From Octopus sinensis (Eukaryota): DNA of 64,000 nucleotides. Below, piece after piece: positions 1-12,827 of this stretch (the first letter of the stretch is position 1; every line of letters starts with the position of its first letter). Where the stretch lies: contig NC_043001.1 of NCBI RefSeq assembly GCF_006345805.1, positions 27,094,001 to 27,158,000 on the forward strand, read 5' to 3'. Below the pieces are notes generated by a model that worked only from the letters and a program-made list of their open reading frames with translations, searched no databases and was not told where the DNA came from. The translations under genes were made by a program, and so were the position numbers.

Positions 1-344
1 GCAAAAATATTACCTTCTGTTATTGCAGCACTTGGAATGGTATCAAAAGGAAAAAAAAACTAATATGTAGACCAAATTCCTGGCAGTTCCCAAATAAGTG
101 AAATGCGGATCATACTTCTTGTAAATAATATCTTATTCATTCGGTTTTATTATGAATCTTATAAAAAGAAATAAAGTTTTGTAACACAAAAACATCATTT
201 TTTCAATTGTATGACATCTCACTGCTTGCACCTAAATGCGAAAAAATGTCCTTTGACGTCGTGTCTGGTTAAGATTTTGGTGTAGCTAATCCAAATTAAA
301 GCAAAGGCAGTACACGACAGGCACTTATTCCTCGGCGAAATTTG

Positions 345-505
345 AACTCTGAGCGTTCAAATTTCGCCGAGGTCGACTAGGTCGTTCATCCTTTGTGGGT
401 CGATGAAGTAAATACCAGTCTAGTAGGGGTGGGGGTAGACATGTAATCAACAAGTCCCCTCCCCCAAAATTATGCCTGTAGTAGAAAGAATTATTATTAT
501 TATTA
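345..505 (+). mobile_element. SINE family A, partial copy with (ATT)n tail
   Basis: Contains the family core gttcaaattt-cgccgaggtcgac...catcctttgtgggtcgat...accag and ends gtagaaagaattattattatt. Confidence 0.7.
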
Positions 506-507
506 CT

Positions 508-1041
508 GAGTAAGAGAGCAGAGCATGCCATCAAAGTGACACTGGGGTAAAATATACGAAGCCCAGTATACCCACCATGACTACCTGGCTGATAAGGGTA
601 CACCAGGCACATGCATCACAACCATATGTGCGCGATATGGTAATCTCATATCAAGATAAACAGCACATGACCTTGCAGGTGGGTTCCAGTTAGGATTTTC
701 TTCTGGTCGAGTAGCCCATCTCGCTCAAAAGGTCCCTGAATAAGGGTTGTTTAAGGATGTTGAACGAACCACCCATGTTTCCAGAGGTGAATTATTAAAA
801 CCCCAAAGAATCCCTCTCAACACACGACTATGATGCTCCCCCACTACTTCTGCTCGTGGTCAGAGATGCACATATCGTCAGCCACTCAGGGTATATACTC
901 AACTGGTTAAGGTCAAACAACTGACAAGCAAATCTGTGGTATTGAGCTGAATATTTGCTGTAGCCCATCTTTTATACCAAGACAAAACAATGTACATGAT
1001 AACACTTCCAATCAATTAAGATCAGAAGCCATGAGAGTACT
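508..1041. mobile_element. Non-coding interspersed repeat of about 550 bp embedded in (TAA/ATT)n, copy 1
   Basis: Highly similar to 25874-26386 and 26407-26783; ATT repeats on both sides; no tRNA head or terminal inverted repeat (TIR) seen. Confidence 0.8.
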
Positions 1042-1380
1042 GTTATTATTATTATTATCATTATTATTATTATTATCATCATCATCATCATCATTATTAC
1101 GACAATGACGACAATGATGACAATGATGATGATGAGGATGATGATTATGTCTAATTTTGACACAAGGTCTGCATTTTAAAGAGATGTGAGGGAAACTATT
1201 GATACTGTCTACCCCAGTACTTGACTGCCGCATCACGGAATCTGATTGAGATGTAGGTAGTGTGGATTCTAATTGCTGCATACATCTGAATGTAGCAAAT
1301 AATTCGAGTTACAGTTTGAAAGGAACACGGGCACTAGAAGTTGTGTATATTGAAGTCACATTAGATACTAAGTCCAGAAA

Positions 1381-1775
1381 GTGGAGAGTAAGTAGCTTGC
1401 TTACCAACCACATGGTTCCGGGTTCAGTCCCACAGCGTGGCACCTTGGGCAAGTGTCTTCTACGATGCCTCGGGCCGACCAAAGCCTTGTGAGTGGATTT
1501 GGTAGACGGAAACTGAAAGAAGCTCGTCGTATATATGTATAGATATATATGTATGTGTGTGCGTATATGTTTGTGTGTCTGTGCTTGTCCCTCCAACATC
1601 GCTTGACAACCGATGCTGGTGTGTTTACGTCCCCGTCACTTAGCTGTTCGGCAAAAGAGACCTATCGGATTAGTACTAGGCTTACAAATTAGTCCTGGGG
1701 TCGATTTGCTCGACTAAAGGCAGTGCTCTAGCATGGCCACACTCAAATGACTGAAACAAGTAAAAGACTAAAAGA
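1381..1775 (+). mobile_element. SINE family B (tRNA-like head, internal TA/TG microsatellite, (AAAAGAGT)n tail)
   Basis: B-box-like gggttcagtccc; body ggcaccttgggcaagtgtcttctac...; tail gaaacaagtaaaagac; several other copies in the window. Confidence 0.85.
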
Positions 1776-2230
1776 ATTCCGGTTCTGAAGAGGGTTCGTA
1801 GAATTACACTTTTCTATGTATTTGTTCCTTCCCCAAGGCAACAAGGTTTAATTTGCGTCTATTTCTATAAAATCGATTGACCGCATAGAGGTTACCTAGT
1901 TGGCGTAATACTCAGACCACCTGTAGCTTTGCACAGTTCCCTTCGACAATAAAGGAAAAAAACGTATCATTGTAAAATTAAGTAGAGCATTCAGTGGCAT
2001 TCTTTCAGCCTTCTTTTAATTTTTATGACTCTTAAATATTTGATGCATTTAAGGAGTTGTAATAAGCAAATTGATAGGTTTTCAAACCCTCACCTGCAGA
2101 CCATAGTTTTTTTGTTTTCATAGGGCAACACTTCAAAGGTGAGATACACCTTTACTTGCATGAATGTTTAAAATGGACAGGTACCCACTTGCTAATCTGA
2201 AATAAGGTAATTAATTACAAACAAACACAC

Positions 2231-2290
2231 ATGTGCACACAAGCGCGCATTCTCTCAAACACACACACGCACGCACACACACACACACAC

Positions 2291-2322
<32 letters not shown>

Positions 2323-2439
2323 GGTCTCTCATACGCCTATAAACACATATGCATGTGTGCACATACATAATACATACATATACACAAAGAGAGAGCGAGA
2401 GAGATGTTCATGAAAGGCAAAAGAGATACATAATAAATA

Positions 2440-2483
<44 letters not shown>

Positions 2484-2505
2484 TATTATATATATATATA
2501 ATATA

Positions 2506-2540
<35 letters not shown>

Positions 2541-2548
2541 CTATATAC

Positions 2549-2605
<57 letters not shown>

Positions 2606-2636
2606 CATATATACATATATATTGACATATACATAT

Positions 2637-2695
<59 letters not shown>

Positions 2696-3065
2696 TATAT
2701 ACATATATATATATGTGTATATACACACACACACACGGGAACATTTCCAGACAAATATGCGCGTGCGCGCGGGCGTGTGTATTACTGTCTCACTGACAGA
2801 CATGTATGGTTCTGAATATGAATGAGACTAAGCTAGGTAAATCTCTTAACAAGTGTTTAGTCACTTCAGTAGTTACAGCTATAGCGTCAAAAATATTCTA
2901 GAGTAAGACTATAAATACTTCCTTGTTTTGATCTAATACTTCATATGCTCTCTCGTACATACATACATACATACACATACATACATACATACATACATAC
3001 ATACATACATACATACATACGTACGTACATCTATCTCTGTATATATATATGTGTGTGTGTGTGAC
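2231..3065. repeat. Compound microsatellites (CA)n, (TA)n, (CATA)n; similar tracts recur throughout the window
   Basis: Directly visible; they explain the HT-, YI- and MYVC-repeat pseudo-ORFs in the ORF track. Confidence 0.95.
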
Positions 3066-3625
3066 CGCTTGTGTACCGTTGGCGATTTTTTTTCCTCTGT
3101 CTTCCCTTCTCTGGATCTTTCCTTCTCCTATGTTTCCGACGAAGAGCTCCGCTCGAAACGTTGAACCCTCCTTCTTTCCTGAGCGTCCAATAATACTATA
3201 TTTGTTCCACGTCCTCGCGTTGTTGTGTTTTTTTTGTGCTTTCATGTTTGGATTAACTATATATATATGTATATATATGTATATATATATAAATTAAATT
3301 AGAGATTATTTAAAAGTTTAAAAATTTTAAAAATAAAAAATTTTTAAATATTAAAATATAAAAATTTATAAATATAGATTTAAAAATTTCAAATTTTAAT
3401 AATTTAAATTTCAAATTTTATATTTTATATATATTGTATATTATATTAATTATATTTATTTTTTGTTTTTTATGTTTTGGTTTATGTCTATCACTGTTTG
3501 AGTTGCCTAGTAGTGGTTTTATCTCTAATTTAATGTATATTTATACGGTGAAATTTGATTTAATCCTAAATCTAATTTTTCCCTGTAAGTTTGGATATAC
3601 TCCCTAATATTATATATATATATAT

Positions 3626-4399
3626 AACTTAGAATAACTTAGAAAGGTTTTGGCCAGTATTGGCCCAGGCCATGTCTAACTTAATAGCACCACCTGGCGA
3701 AGTCTTTCAATTCAGGATTTGGGCACCAAGGCTCATTCGAGCAGAGAGTTATTGTTTGCGGAGACATATCCGGGTGTGGATGGTTTGTCCGGGACTGCTT
3801 GAAGGAATTTGTCCCAAGACTACTTGAATTTTGTGTGGTCAGTTTCTGTTTTGACGTGTCCTGGTGTAATGTTGAAGAGAGCGGGGCCAATTGAGGTGAA
3901 GTAATTGTGCCGTATTGTTGTTATGAGATGCGATTTAGATTTTTGTTGTGGACGGAAGGCACGGGGTCCAAGTCTTTGAAGGTGATGCCAACATCATTAT
4001 ATATATATATAATATATATATATATATAACTTAGAATAACTTAGAAAGGTTTTGGCCAGTATTGGCCCAGGCCATGTCTAACTTAATAGCACCACCTGGC
4101 GAAGTCTTTCAATTCAGGATTTGGGCACCAAGGCTCATTCGAGCAGAGAGTTATTGTTTGCGGAGACATATCCGGGTGTGGATGGTTTGTCCGGGACTGC
4201 TTGAAGGAATTTGTCCCAAGACTACTTGAATTTTGTGTGGTCAGTTTCTGTTTTGACGTGTCCTGGTGTAATGTTGAAGAGAGCGGGGCCAATTGAGGTG
4301 AAGTAATTGTGCCGTATTGTTGTTATGAGATGCGATTTAGATTTTTGTTGTGGACGGAAGGCACGGGGTCCAAGTCTTTGAAGGTGATGCCAACATCAT

Positions 4400-4400
<1 letters not shown>
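3626..4400 (-). mobile_element. Two tandem copies (3626-3998, 4028-4400) of the 3' end of a CR1/L2/Jockey-group LINE
   Basis: A minus-strand frame reads TIRHNYFTSIGPALFNITPGHVK...KFK*SWDKFLQAVPDKPSTPGYVSANNNSLLE*, matching the GPxLFNxLP...FK..LDKFL..VPDxP...GY C-terminus of such LINEs; (aagttattct)-type tail; period 402 bp. Confidence 0.7.
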
Positions 4401-4448
<48 letters not shown>

Positions 4449-5289
4449 ATTTAAGTAATAATAATATCACGACTGATGACGTAAAGTAGAGTACAATGAA
4501 TCTGAACTGCAACTAAAAGCGAGGATGTTATAGCGGTATAATGACGAATGGCTATTGGCAGTTTATTAGTTGAGCAGATACATACATAAAACGATAAAAA
4601 TACAAACAGGTAAAACAACTGGTCTCATATTTGCTTATGACATTTATTTCTTTAAACACGATAGTTCAGTGGTTACATGAGTAGAGATCATAAGAGGTGA
4701 GGAAGTAATAAAATGTGTAGAAAGTATCTTACGGCCGTTTCAAGAACAGATGCATAAGTGACACATCTTGTGCAAAACAAACGGTAGCTCTCCATATAGC
4801 AGCGATCTATTATATGTGCGTACACACACACACACACGCGCGCGCGCGCACGCACATATAATTAAACAGATATATTCTCATATCAGGCATTTTATCAATT
4901 ACTTTTATACAGAAGTTGAGATAATCCCGGTAATCATTAGAAAGGGCCGAACAGAATAGTGTGGGATGCATTCTTTACCACTGGAATTCTGAAAGTTGGC
5001 TGTGATACTTTCAGCTCTTTAGGAACAATTAACCCTCACCATACTACTCTGTTCAGCCTTCTCCGATGATTGTCGAGGTTATCTTCTGATGTGAAACTAA
5101 TTGTTAAAGAAGCTGATACGAGAGTGTAACATTATACATTTATATTAATAATATACCCTCTCTCTTAACCAGTGTCTGAGTGTCTGTTTGGCCTGTCACA
5201 TGGATTTTTAGACAACTGTGTGATTTTGTGCTGTGTGCGCGCGCTTATAACCACAGCCATCACTTGCATGTAATATATTTTCTGTCCAA

Positions 5290-5790
5290 GGCGGCGAGCT
5301 GGCAGAAACGTTAGCACGCCGGGCAAAATACTTACCGATATTTCGTCTGCTGTTACTTTCTGATTTCAAATTCCGCCGAGGTCAACTTTGCCTTTCATCC
5401 TTTCGGGGTCGATTAAATAAGTACCAGTTACGCACTGGGGTCGATATAATCGACTTAATCCGTTTGTCTATCCTTGTTTGTCCTCTCTGTGTGTAGCCCC
5501 TTGTGGGCAGTAAAGAAATAGGTATTTTGTCTGTCTTTATGTTCTGAGTTCAAATTCTGCCGAGGTCGACTTTGCCTTTCATCCTTTCGGGATCGATTAA
5601 ATAAGTATCAGTTTTGTACTGGGGTTGATCTAATCGACTGGCCCCTTCCCCCAAAATGTCGGGCCCTGTGCCTAGAGTAGAAACGAATAAACTTCATACG
5701 AATATATATGTAATCGACTTAATCCTTTTGTTTGTCCTTGTTTGATCCCCTATATGTTTAGCCCCTTGTGGGCAATAAAGAAATAAGAAA
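5290..5790 (+). mobile_element. SINE family A, full copy plus tandem partial copies
   Basis: ggcggcgagctggcagaaacgttagcacgccggg head, B-box-like ttcaaattcc, conserved core, ending gcagtaaagaaata, then restarts. Confidence 0.85.
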
Positions 5791-6186
5791 CGAATATACT
5801 TTCTGTCCAAAGGGATTTTTAAGCCAATTTTTATATGTTATTATTTGTAGCTCTATGTGCTACGAGATCCATTGTTCCTCAAAAAATTATTTAACGTTCT
5901 CTCGAAGTTTATAAATGTTTGACGTCAACAACATACAATTCTCATTAGTAAGAATAATGTTTCAAAAATGGAGAAAGAAATTTGAAGGAGATAAGGGTTC
6001 GAGTCCGACCAGCAGCATTTGACTTTTTCTACCCAAAAGATTTTTATTCCAATACCACGTGCTGTTATTTATAGCTTTATTTGCTTCGAGATCAACTGAT
6101 CTCAAAAATAATATACATACAGCATGGCCTCAGCCGGATGGCTGAAACAAGTAAAAGAGTAAAAGAGTAAAAGAGTATACATACAT

Positions 6187-6220
<34 letters not shown>

Positions 6221-6259
6221 CACACACACACACACACACAACACACACACACATATATA

Positions 6260-6316
<57 letters not shown>

Positions 6317-6811
6317 TGGCCTGCTCGCTTAGCCAGCGGGGTGGCGTCATTTGAAGGCTAAAACAATGCGAAGCGCATTGTGACCAGCGATGTGTAGCAA
6401 CAGCTGATAGCCTGGTCGGCCACGTGATCACGTGATATATATAATTAGATAAGAACGGTTAATGGTGTGTGTGTGTGTGTGTGTGTGTGTATACATACAT
6501 ACATACATACATATATATACACTGTTGAAGCATTGCAACATTATATACATATAATGTTTGTTTGTGTATGTGCTTGCGTGTGTATACATACACATGTACA
6601 TATAAATTACACGTACAAAAACCAACCGACGAAGATAGTTGCTTCCCATAAGGACCTATTCGGTTCATGTCAGCATGGAATGCAAACGTAAAATGATGTG
6701 TGTGTGTGTGTGTGTGTGCCGTAGACTCACACAGAACGTCCGAAACTTAGCAATACAGTAATCTTAGATAATTTAAACGAGGTATTTAATCACAGAGTGA
6801 ATAAGGACTCG

Positions 6812-6858
<47 letters not shown>

Positions 6859-6908
6859 ATACACACATGCTCATAAAGCTACAAATAATATATAAATATA
6901 TATACATA

Positions 6909-7300
6909 GGCGTAGGGGTGGCTGTGTGGTAAGTAGCTTGCTTATGAACCACATGGTTCCGGGTTCAGTCCCACTATAACCTCGGGTAGACCAAAGCCTT
7001 GCGAGTGGATTTGGTAGAGGGAAACTGAAAGAAGCCCGTCGTATATATGTATGTATGTATATATATATATGTACTTGTGTGTATATGTTTGTGTGTCTGT
7101 GTTTGTCCCCCAACATCGCTTGACAACCGATGTTGGTGTGTTTACGTCCCCTTAACTTAGCGGTTCGGCAAAAGAGACAGATAGAATAAGTAATAGGCTT
7201 ACAAAGAATAAGTCCTGGGGTCGATTTGCTCGACTAAAGGCGGTGCTCCAGCATGGCCACAGTCAAATGACTGAAACAAGTAAAAGAGTAAAAAGAGAGT
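6909..7300 (+). mobile_element. SINE family B
   Basis: Head ggcgtaggggtggctgtgtggtaagtagcttgc through the (aaaagagt)n tail, with a short internal deletion. Confidence 0.85.
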
Positions 7301-7336
7301 AAGGAGTATACATACATCCATATATATACATGTGTT

Positions 7337-7375
<39 letters not shown>

Positions 7376-8271
7376 ATTTATAATATGCCATCATGTATAC
7401 ATGCATACATACACACATATGTGCGATTGTTCACTGTACACACACATCGCACACACATACACATTCACAGACATAAGCGAGTAAGGTGCACACAGACACA
7501 GTTGTTTTGTTTAGGCCATTACCAGATCAATCGATGATGTTGATAAATGATGTGTGAACAGTTTATCGTTGCTGGTTCCTTGGCTACTCGAGTTATGTGG
7601 GTGTCAGCCGGCAGATAAAGGCGATTGGACAGGTAGTTGGAAGTATATAAATATACAGCTGTCCAGCCAACCGACAACAGTGCGATTTACCTTAACCGTA
7701 CAACAAGATAAGAGCAGAAAGAAGAAGATTAAAAGAACAACAACAAAGAGAGAGGAGTTATTTTCAACTAGCGAGATTGCAGCTCCGGGACAACTAAGTG
7801 TTTGTTCGTCTATTAGTTTCTATTGGTAATAATAACAATGATTTATAACGTTGGCACCAGCCCAGGAGGACAAAGTTAACTGAAGTGATACACCGTATAT
7901 TACTGGTACTTTATTTTTTTATTTTTTCAGCTTCAGAAATATGAAATACAAAGATTACGCCCAGTAGGATTTGAACTCATAACGTAAGGGGTGAAATAGA
8001 TACGGTCACACGCGACTGTCATCGACTAAGCTGCAATATTATTTATGATGATGTACAATGAACATAGTAGAACATATTAATGAGGACGTGTATATAAATT
8101 AAAAATAATGATAGTTACATATATAGAGTAAAATATAGTAATTAATAATGATAATTATAATGATGATGATGATAACAACACCTTTATTTAACATGTGATA
8201 AGTATATTAAGAACAGTGACAGTGTCAACAAATTAAAGAAAGAAAGAAAGAAAGAAAGAAGGAAAGAAAGA

Positions 8272-8364
8272 ATGCATAAATCTTATCAGACAATCCTTCC
8301 TTGTCAGAGCAGGTTGTTACAACAACGCTGGGATAAGGCGTATTACCTTGAACATCGCAGAAAA
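8272..8364 (+). CDS. CFAP97D2: CFAP97-domain protein (CFAP97D2-like), coding exon 1: MHKSYQTILPCQSRLLQQRWDKAYYLEHRRK
   Basis: ATG at 8272 with A at -3; 31 codons; donor AAA|gtaagt at 8365 (phase 0). The translation matches the N-terminal MHxxYQ..P....LL...WD..Y..HR.K motif of the KIAA1430/CFAP97D family as I recall it. Orthology to D2 rather than D1 is inferred. Confidence 0.85.
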
Positions 8365-10788
8365 GTAAGTGACCTCCACTTTGTTGATTTCTTAGTTTAC
8401 TTTTAAAATGTCCAGGTCTCGGCCATATGACCAAAATGTACCACCTGTGGTAATGATGTCTTATGCTGTTGCTTTTGTTGTTGGTATTGTTGTATTTTTT
8501 CTTCTGACAAATTGTGTTTAGGACTACATTATCCATTGTATCGACCGACTGACTGCATGACAACTCATTCGTTGATTCGCTTGATTTGTTTGGTCGTGTT
8601 TATGATGGAAGGGGAATAGATGTAGAAGCAGAGAGCCGAGTGTATATGGATGCATGTTGTTGTAGTGTATAAAGTGGAATATTTGAAATAAAAGAAAACA
8701 GGAGAAATATCCCTTAATATCCCTTAGTTGTTACTAATTCATCAGGGCCAGTATTGACAGTTACATCAGTTAGATGGGGAGCAGAGACTCGTTCATCTTT
8801 TCTCCAGTCTATTCACTATAGCCTAATCCCCAAACGACACAGTGAAAAATAACCTGAATTGCTCAGACAGAAATCGAAACCGGATCGTGACATTAAATAA
8901 TATCAAATATTAGCGAATTTCCGGAGTTATTAGAGTGTCGGAGAGATTGTGTTGTAGTATTCATTCTGGTTGTCGGCGTTCTGGGTTCCAATATCGTTGC
9001 TATCAACTTCATCCTTTCGAGGGTCGATCAATAAAGTTCCTGTACTGGTGCATATTTTTCTCGCACGCTTTCTTTCCACGTCTTTTTCAAGGAGAAATTG
9101 GTCGGACTCAGACATAGAGAGGATGGGCTTCAGCAGCTCTAAAATGGCCATGACACGTCGTGTATCATGACGTGCCCTTACGAACACATGGCAGTGTTAA
9201 ATGTAACTGCATTTTCAGAATGAAGCTCACTTCTTACTCACGTTTTCCATACAGGCACCAACTAATATTTAAGCTAAACCTCGATCTCCCCGATCTGAGA
9301 AAGCCTGGGGGGGGGAAAGAAACGCAGTAAAAAGCAAAGATGATGATGAGTCTCACTTGAAGTGTTAGATATTTAATCACACGGTACATTGATTCTAAAT
9401 TTGGCACGAGGTCACATACTTTAGATACATTGGTCGTGATGTTTTATTTTATCGATCCCTAAACTGAAGAAAATCAACTACGATGAGATTTGAATTTAGA
9501 ATGTAAAGAGCCGTAACAAAATACCGCAAGGCATTTTGTTATGCGCTCTACAGATTCCACCAGTGATGCTCTACATATTAATATAATTGTTTCAAGTTTT
9601 GGCACAAGGCCAGCAATCTAACCGGCGGAATTTAGTCGATTACATCAACTCTAGCGCTCAACTGGTATTTATTCTATCAACAAGGAACGGATGAAAGGCA
9701 AAGTCGTCCTCAGCAGGATTTGAACTTAGCACGTAAAGAACCAGAAAAAAAAGTTATCATGCATTTTTGTCCGCTAACGATTCTGCCAGCTCTGCGATTA
9801 TAGTTTTATCTGTTTTGTTAATTAAGGAATATTCATACTTCTTAGTATGTTCTTTATATTTTTGGTTGGAACAAGAATGTGTCTAAGTTCATCGATGTTT
9901 CTAGTCTATCGTTGTTGACGTTCACAGAATATCTTGGTAATTAGTCTCAATAATCTTTGTCGTACAAAACTTTTTCAATTAATCTTTCAATCAGTCTATC
10001 ATTCATATTTTACTACCCTGCCACAGTACTTCATGTAGTTACATTGTCTTATTGCTTTGTTTAGTATTTGTCATATATTTAATTAGTTTCTATTATCATA
10101 AGCTGATTGAAGACGGCAAGCTGGTACAATCGTTAGCACCCTAAATCCTAATCCGTCTTTACATTGTGAGTTCAAATTCCACCAAGGTCGATTTTTGCCT
10201 TTCAATGTCGATAAAATGAGTATCTATCGAACGCGAGGAGCAATGAAATCGATTTAACCCCCAGCCCACCTCAAATTGCTGGCCTTTTACTAAAATTTGA
10301 ATCTATAAATACAAGCAAATTGGGACGAATGCTTTTGTAATACAAAGTTCAGACATTTTTTTATCGTATTCGACTCTGTGTGTGAAGGGATATTACGTGC
10401 AGAATTGGTAATCGGTGGAGCGTCGGACAAAATATGTTTACGTATGTAGTGAACAGCTACCAACTTTCTAAGCTAGGAATCGAAATAACTGGACGAAATT
10501 GTATTTTCTACATTGTAACAACAGGCATAATTATATTGATAAATGGCCATCAATTAATATTGTTCTTCTTCAGTCATTTGTACGTTGCATCATGGTACCA
10601 AATTTCGTCGTTATACGTCCATATACGTTCTGAGATAAAATCTTGCTCACGGTTTTATTTGTCTTTCATCCTTCCGATGTCCCCCTACCCCAAAATACGT
10701 GTTGGGGACCGTTTAATCGACTGTGCTGGCGTCGACAGTGTCTTAACAAGGCCACAGTCCAAGAACTGAGGCTAATAAAAAGGACGAA

Positions 10789-11019
10789 GGCGGCGAGCTG
10801 GCAGAATCGTTAGCACGCCGGGCGAAATGCGTAGCCGTATTTCGTCTGCCGTTACGTTCTGAGTTCAAATTCCGCCGAGGTCGACTTTGCCTTTCATCCT
10901 TTCGGGGTCGATAAATTAAGTATTAGTTACCCACTGGAGTCGATATAATCGACTTAATCCTTTTGTCTCTCCTTGTTTGTCCATTGTGTGTTTAGCCCCT
11001 TGTGGGTAGTAAAGAAATA
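10789..11019 (+). mobile_element. SINE family A, full length with 12-bp TSD
   Basis: ctaataaaaagg at 10772-10783 and 11021-11032 flanks a complete copy. Confidence 0.9.
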
Positions 11020-11626
11020 ACTAATAAAAAGGGCGTCTATATATACGTATTTACATCATGTCAATTATGATGATGTTGACGATGTCGAGGTTTATGATGA
11101 CGATGATGATGATGATAATTTGATTAACCTCAGGTCAGGTCTGATGTAGTACAACATGCTATCAAAGTGACCACCCCCACTTTTAACCAAATATGGTGTT
11201 ATGTAGGATTACATTAGTAATCCTAATTAACACTATGTTGGATCATTCCTTTTTTAAGACGGTTGAATGTGGTTTCAGGTAAATTTAGAAGTTATTTGTA
11301 GCAACTCAAGTCACTTCATAGAGACTCCTAAAAGGTACGATATGTATACGTCATACTTTAGCTCTGGAAGGGCCGAAATAAGACCAGGCTCGTCGCCAGA
11401 CTTTGGCGCTTGGGGATGCTTCAGAATATTCTGGGTGGGCACTAATTTGTAATAATGTTAAAGTGGAGTTTCGAAATAAGTGTATCACTCTAAATCTGAG
11501 GGCACGCCATTGAATAGTGAGGAAGTTGTGCCGTCCAGTGCACCCTCATAGCGACGAGCATGATTAAGACCCCATAGAGGCCTTAAGCACTTAAATAATT
11601 TTGGTAATTCAAAATATAAACAATAA

Positions 11627-12138
11627 TCTATATATATAAAACTGTAGTTGTGTGAGTGTCTGTCCCCTTCGATTTAGATTCCTAACTACTCCCACATTTT
11701 GCGGTGCAGTTTAACCAAATTCGGGTATCTTATAGTCGTGATTCATATCGAGCCCGTCTGAGTATTAGCGCGCGTCTACGATGAGTCTACGATTTTAAAA
11801 ATAATTTAACATCATTTTTTATTCCATTTTAATGCATAATTTTTCGTGTGTCGATGGCGGCGGAGTTGGCGTCCATGGTCACACCTGTACCTGTTTGCTT
11901 CTCCCCTTCTTCCCTCCCTCGTGAAGCTGTGGGGAAAGGAGTGTAAGGAAATCAACGTCGTAAAGCGTTGTCCAGGAGACCAGCGTTCTTTTAGAACAAC
12001 GACTTCATGGCTTGAAGACACCAAAACAGAAATGGCTAAGAAAGCCCGAATTGGCATCTATAAGGGAAGTAACTCTCTAAAAATGCTTATATAGTTATTT
12101 CCCTTACAAACCCGAGCAACGCCGGGCGATACTGCTAG
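11627..12138 (+). mobile_element. Non-autonomous Helitron
   Basis: 5' TC(tatatatataaa), 3' hairpin cccg-agcaacgc-cggg followed by CTAG, inserted between A and T with no TSD. Confidence 0.75.
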
Positions 12139-12379
12139 TAAACCATAAAATAATTTTATTTTTATTTTTCAAAATGAAACAAAACTGACAGTAAGATGAA
12201 AAATAAAGTTTATTTTTGTATACTTCCACTTAATTTATATTGCAAACATTTTCACCAACAATGCAAAATCCTTAGTCAGATATTCAGATCTAATCTTACA
12301 TAGCACATCTACTTCTATACTTAATAGAGATAAGGCATCCCGAACATCATTTTGGCAAGTTTAAGATGATTTCTTTCGT

Positions 12380-12598
12380 ACTCTTTACTCCTTGCTCTTT
12401 TACTCTTTTACTTGTTTCAGTCATTTGACTGCGGCCATACTGGAGCACCGCCTTTAGTCGAGGAAATCGACTCCAGGACTTATTCTTTGTAAGCCTGGTA
12501 CTTATTCTATTGGTCTCTTTTGCCGAACCGCTAAGTTACGGGGACGTAAACACACCAGCATCGGTTGTCAAGCGATGTTGGAGGGACAAACACACAAG

Positions 12599-12669
<71 letters not shown>

Positions 12670-12827
12670 GACTGGCTTCTTTCAGTTTCCCTCTACCAAA
12701 TCCACTCAGAAGGCTTTGGAACGGCCCGAGGCTATAGTAGAAGACATTTGCCCAAGGTGCCACGCAGTGGAACTGAACCCACAGCCATGTGGTTGGTAGG
12801 TAAGCTACTTACCACACAGCCACTCCT
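12380..12827 (-). mobile_element. SINE family B
   Basis: Reverse complement of the 6909-7300 family, with an expanded internal CA/TA tract. Confidence 0.85.

Noticed and set aside
2113-2145. Possible RFX X-box (gttttcatagggcaac) followed by a donor-like aag|gtgaga
   Set aside because: Attractive for a ciliary gene, but the spacing is non-canonical, it is 6 kb from the ATG, and such matches arise by chance; it needs CAGE or ChIP data.
3301-3600. Extremely AT-rich block
   Set aside because: No periodicity or element ends; it may be decayed (TA)n or poor consensus sequence.
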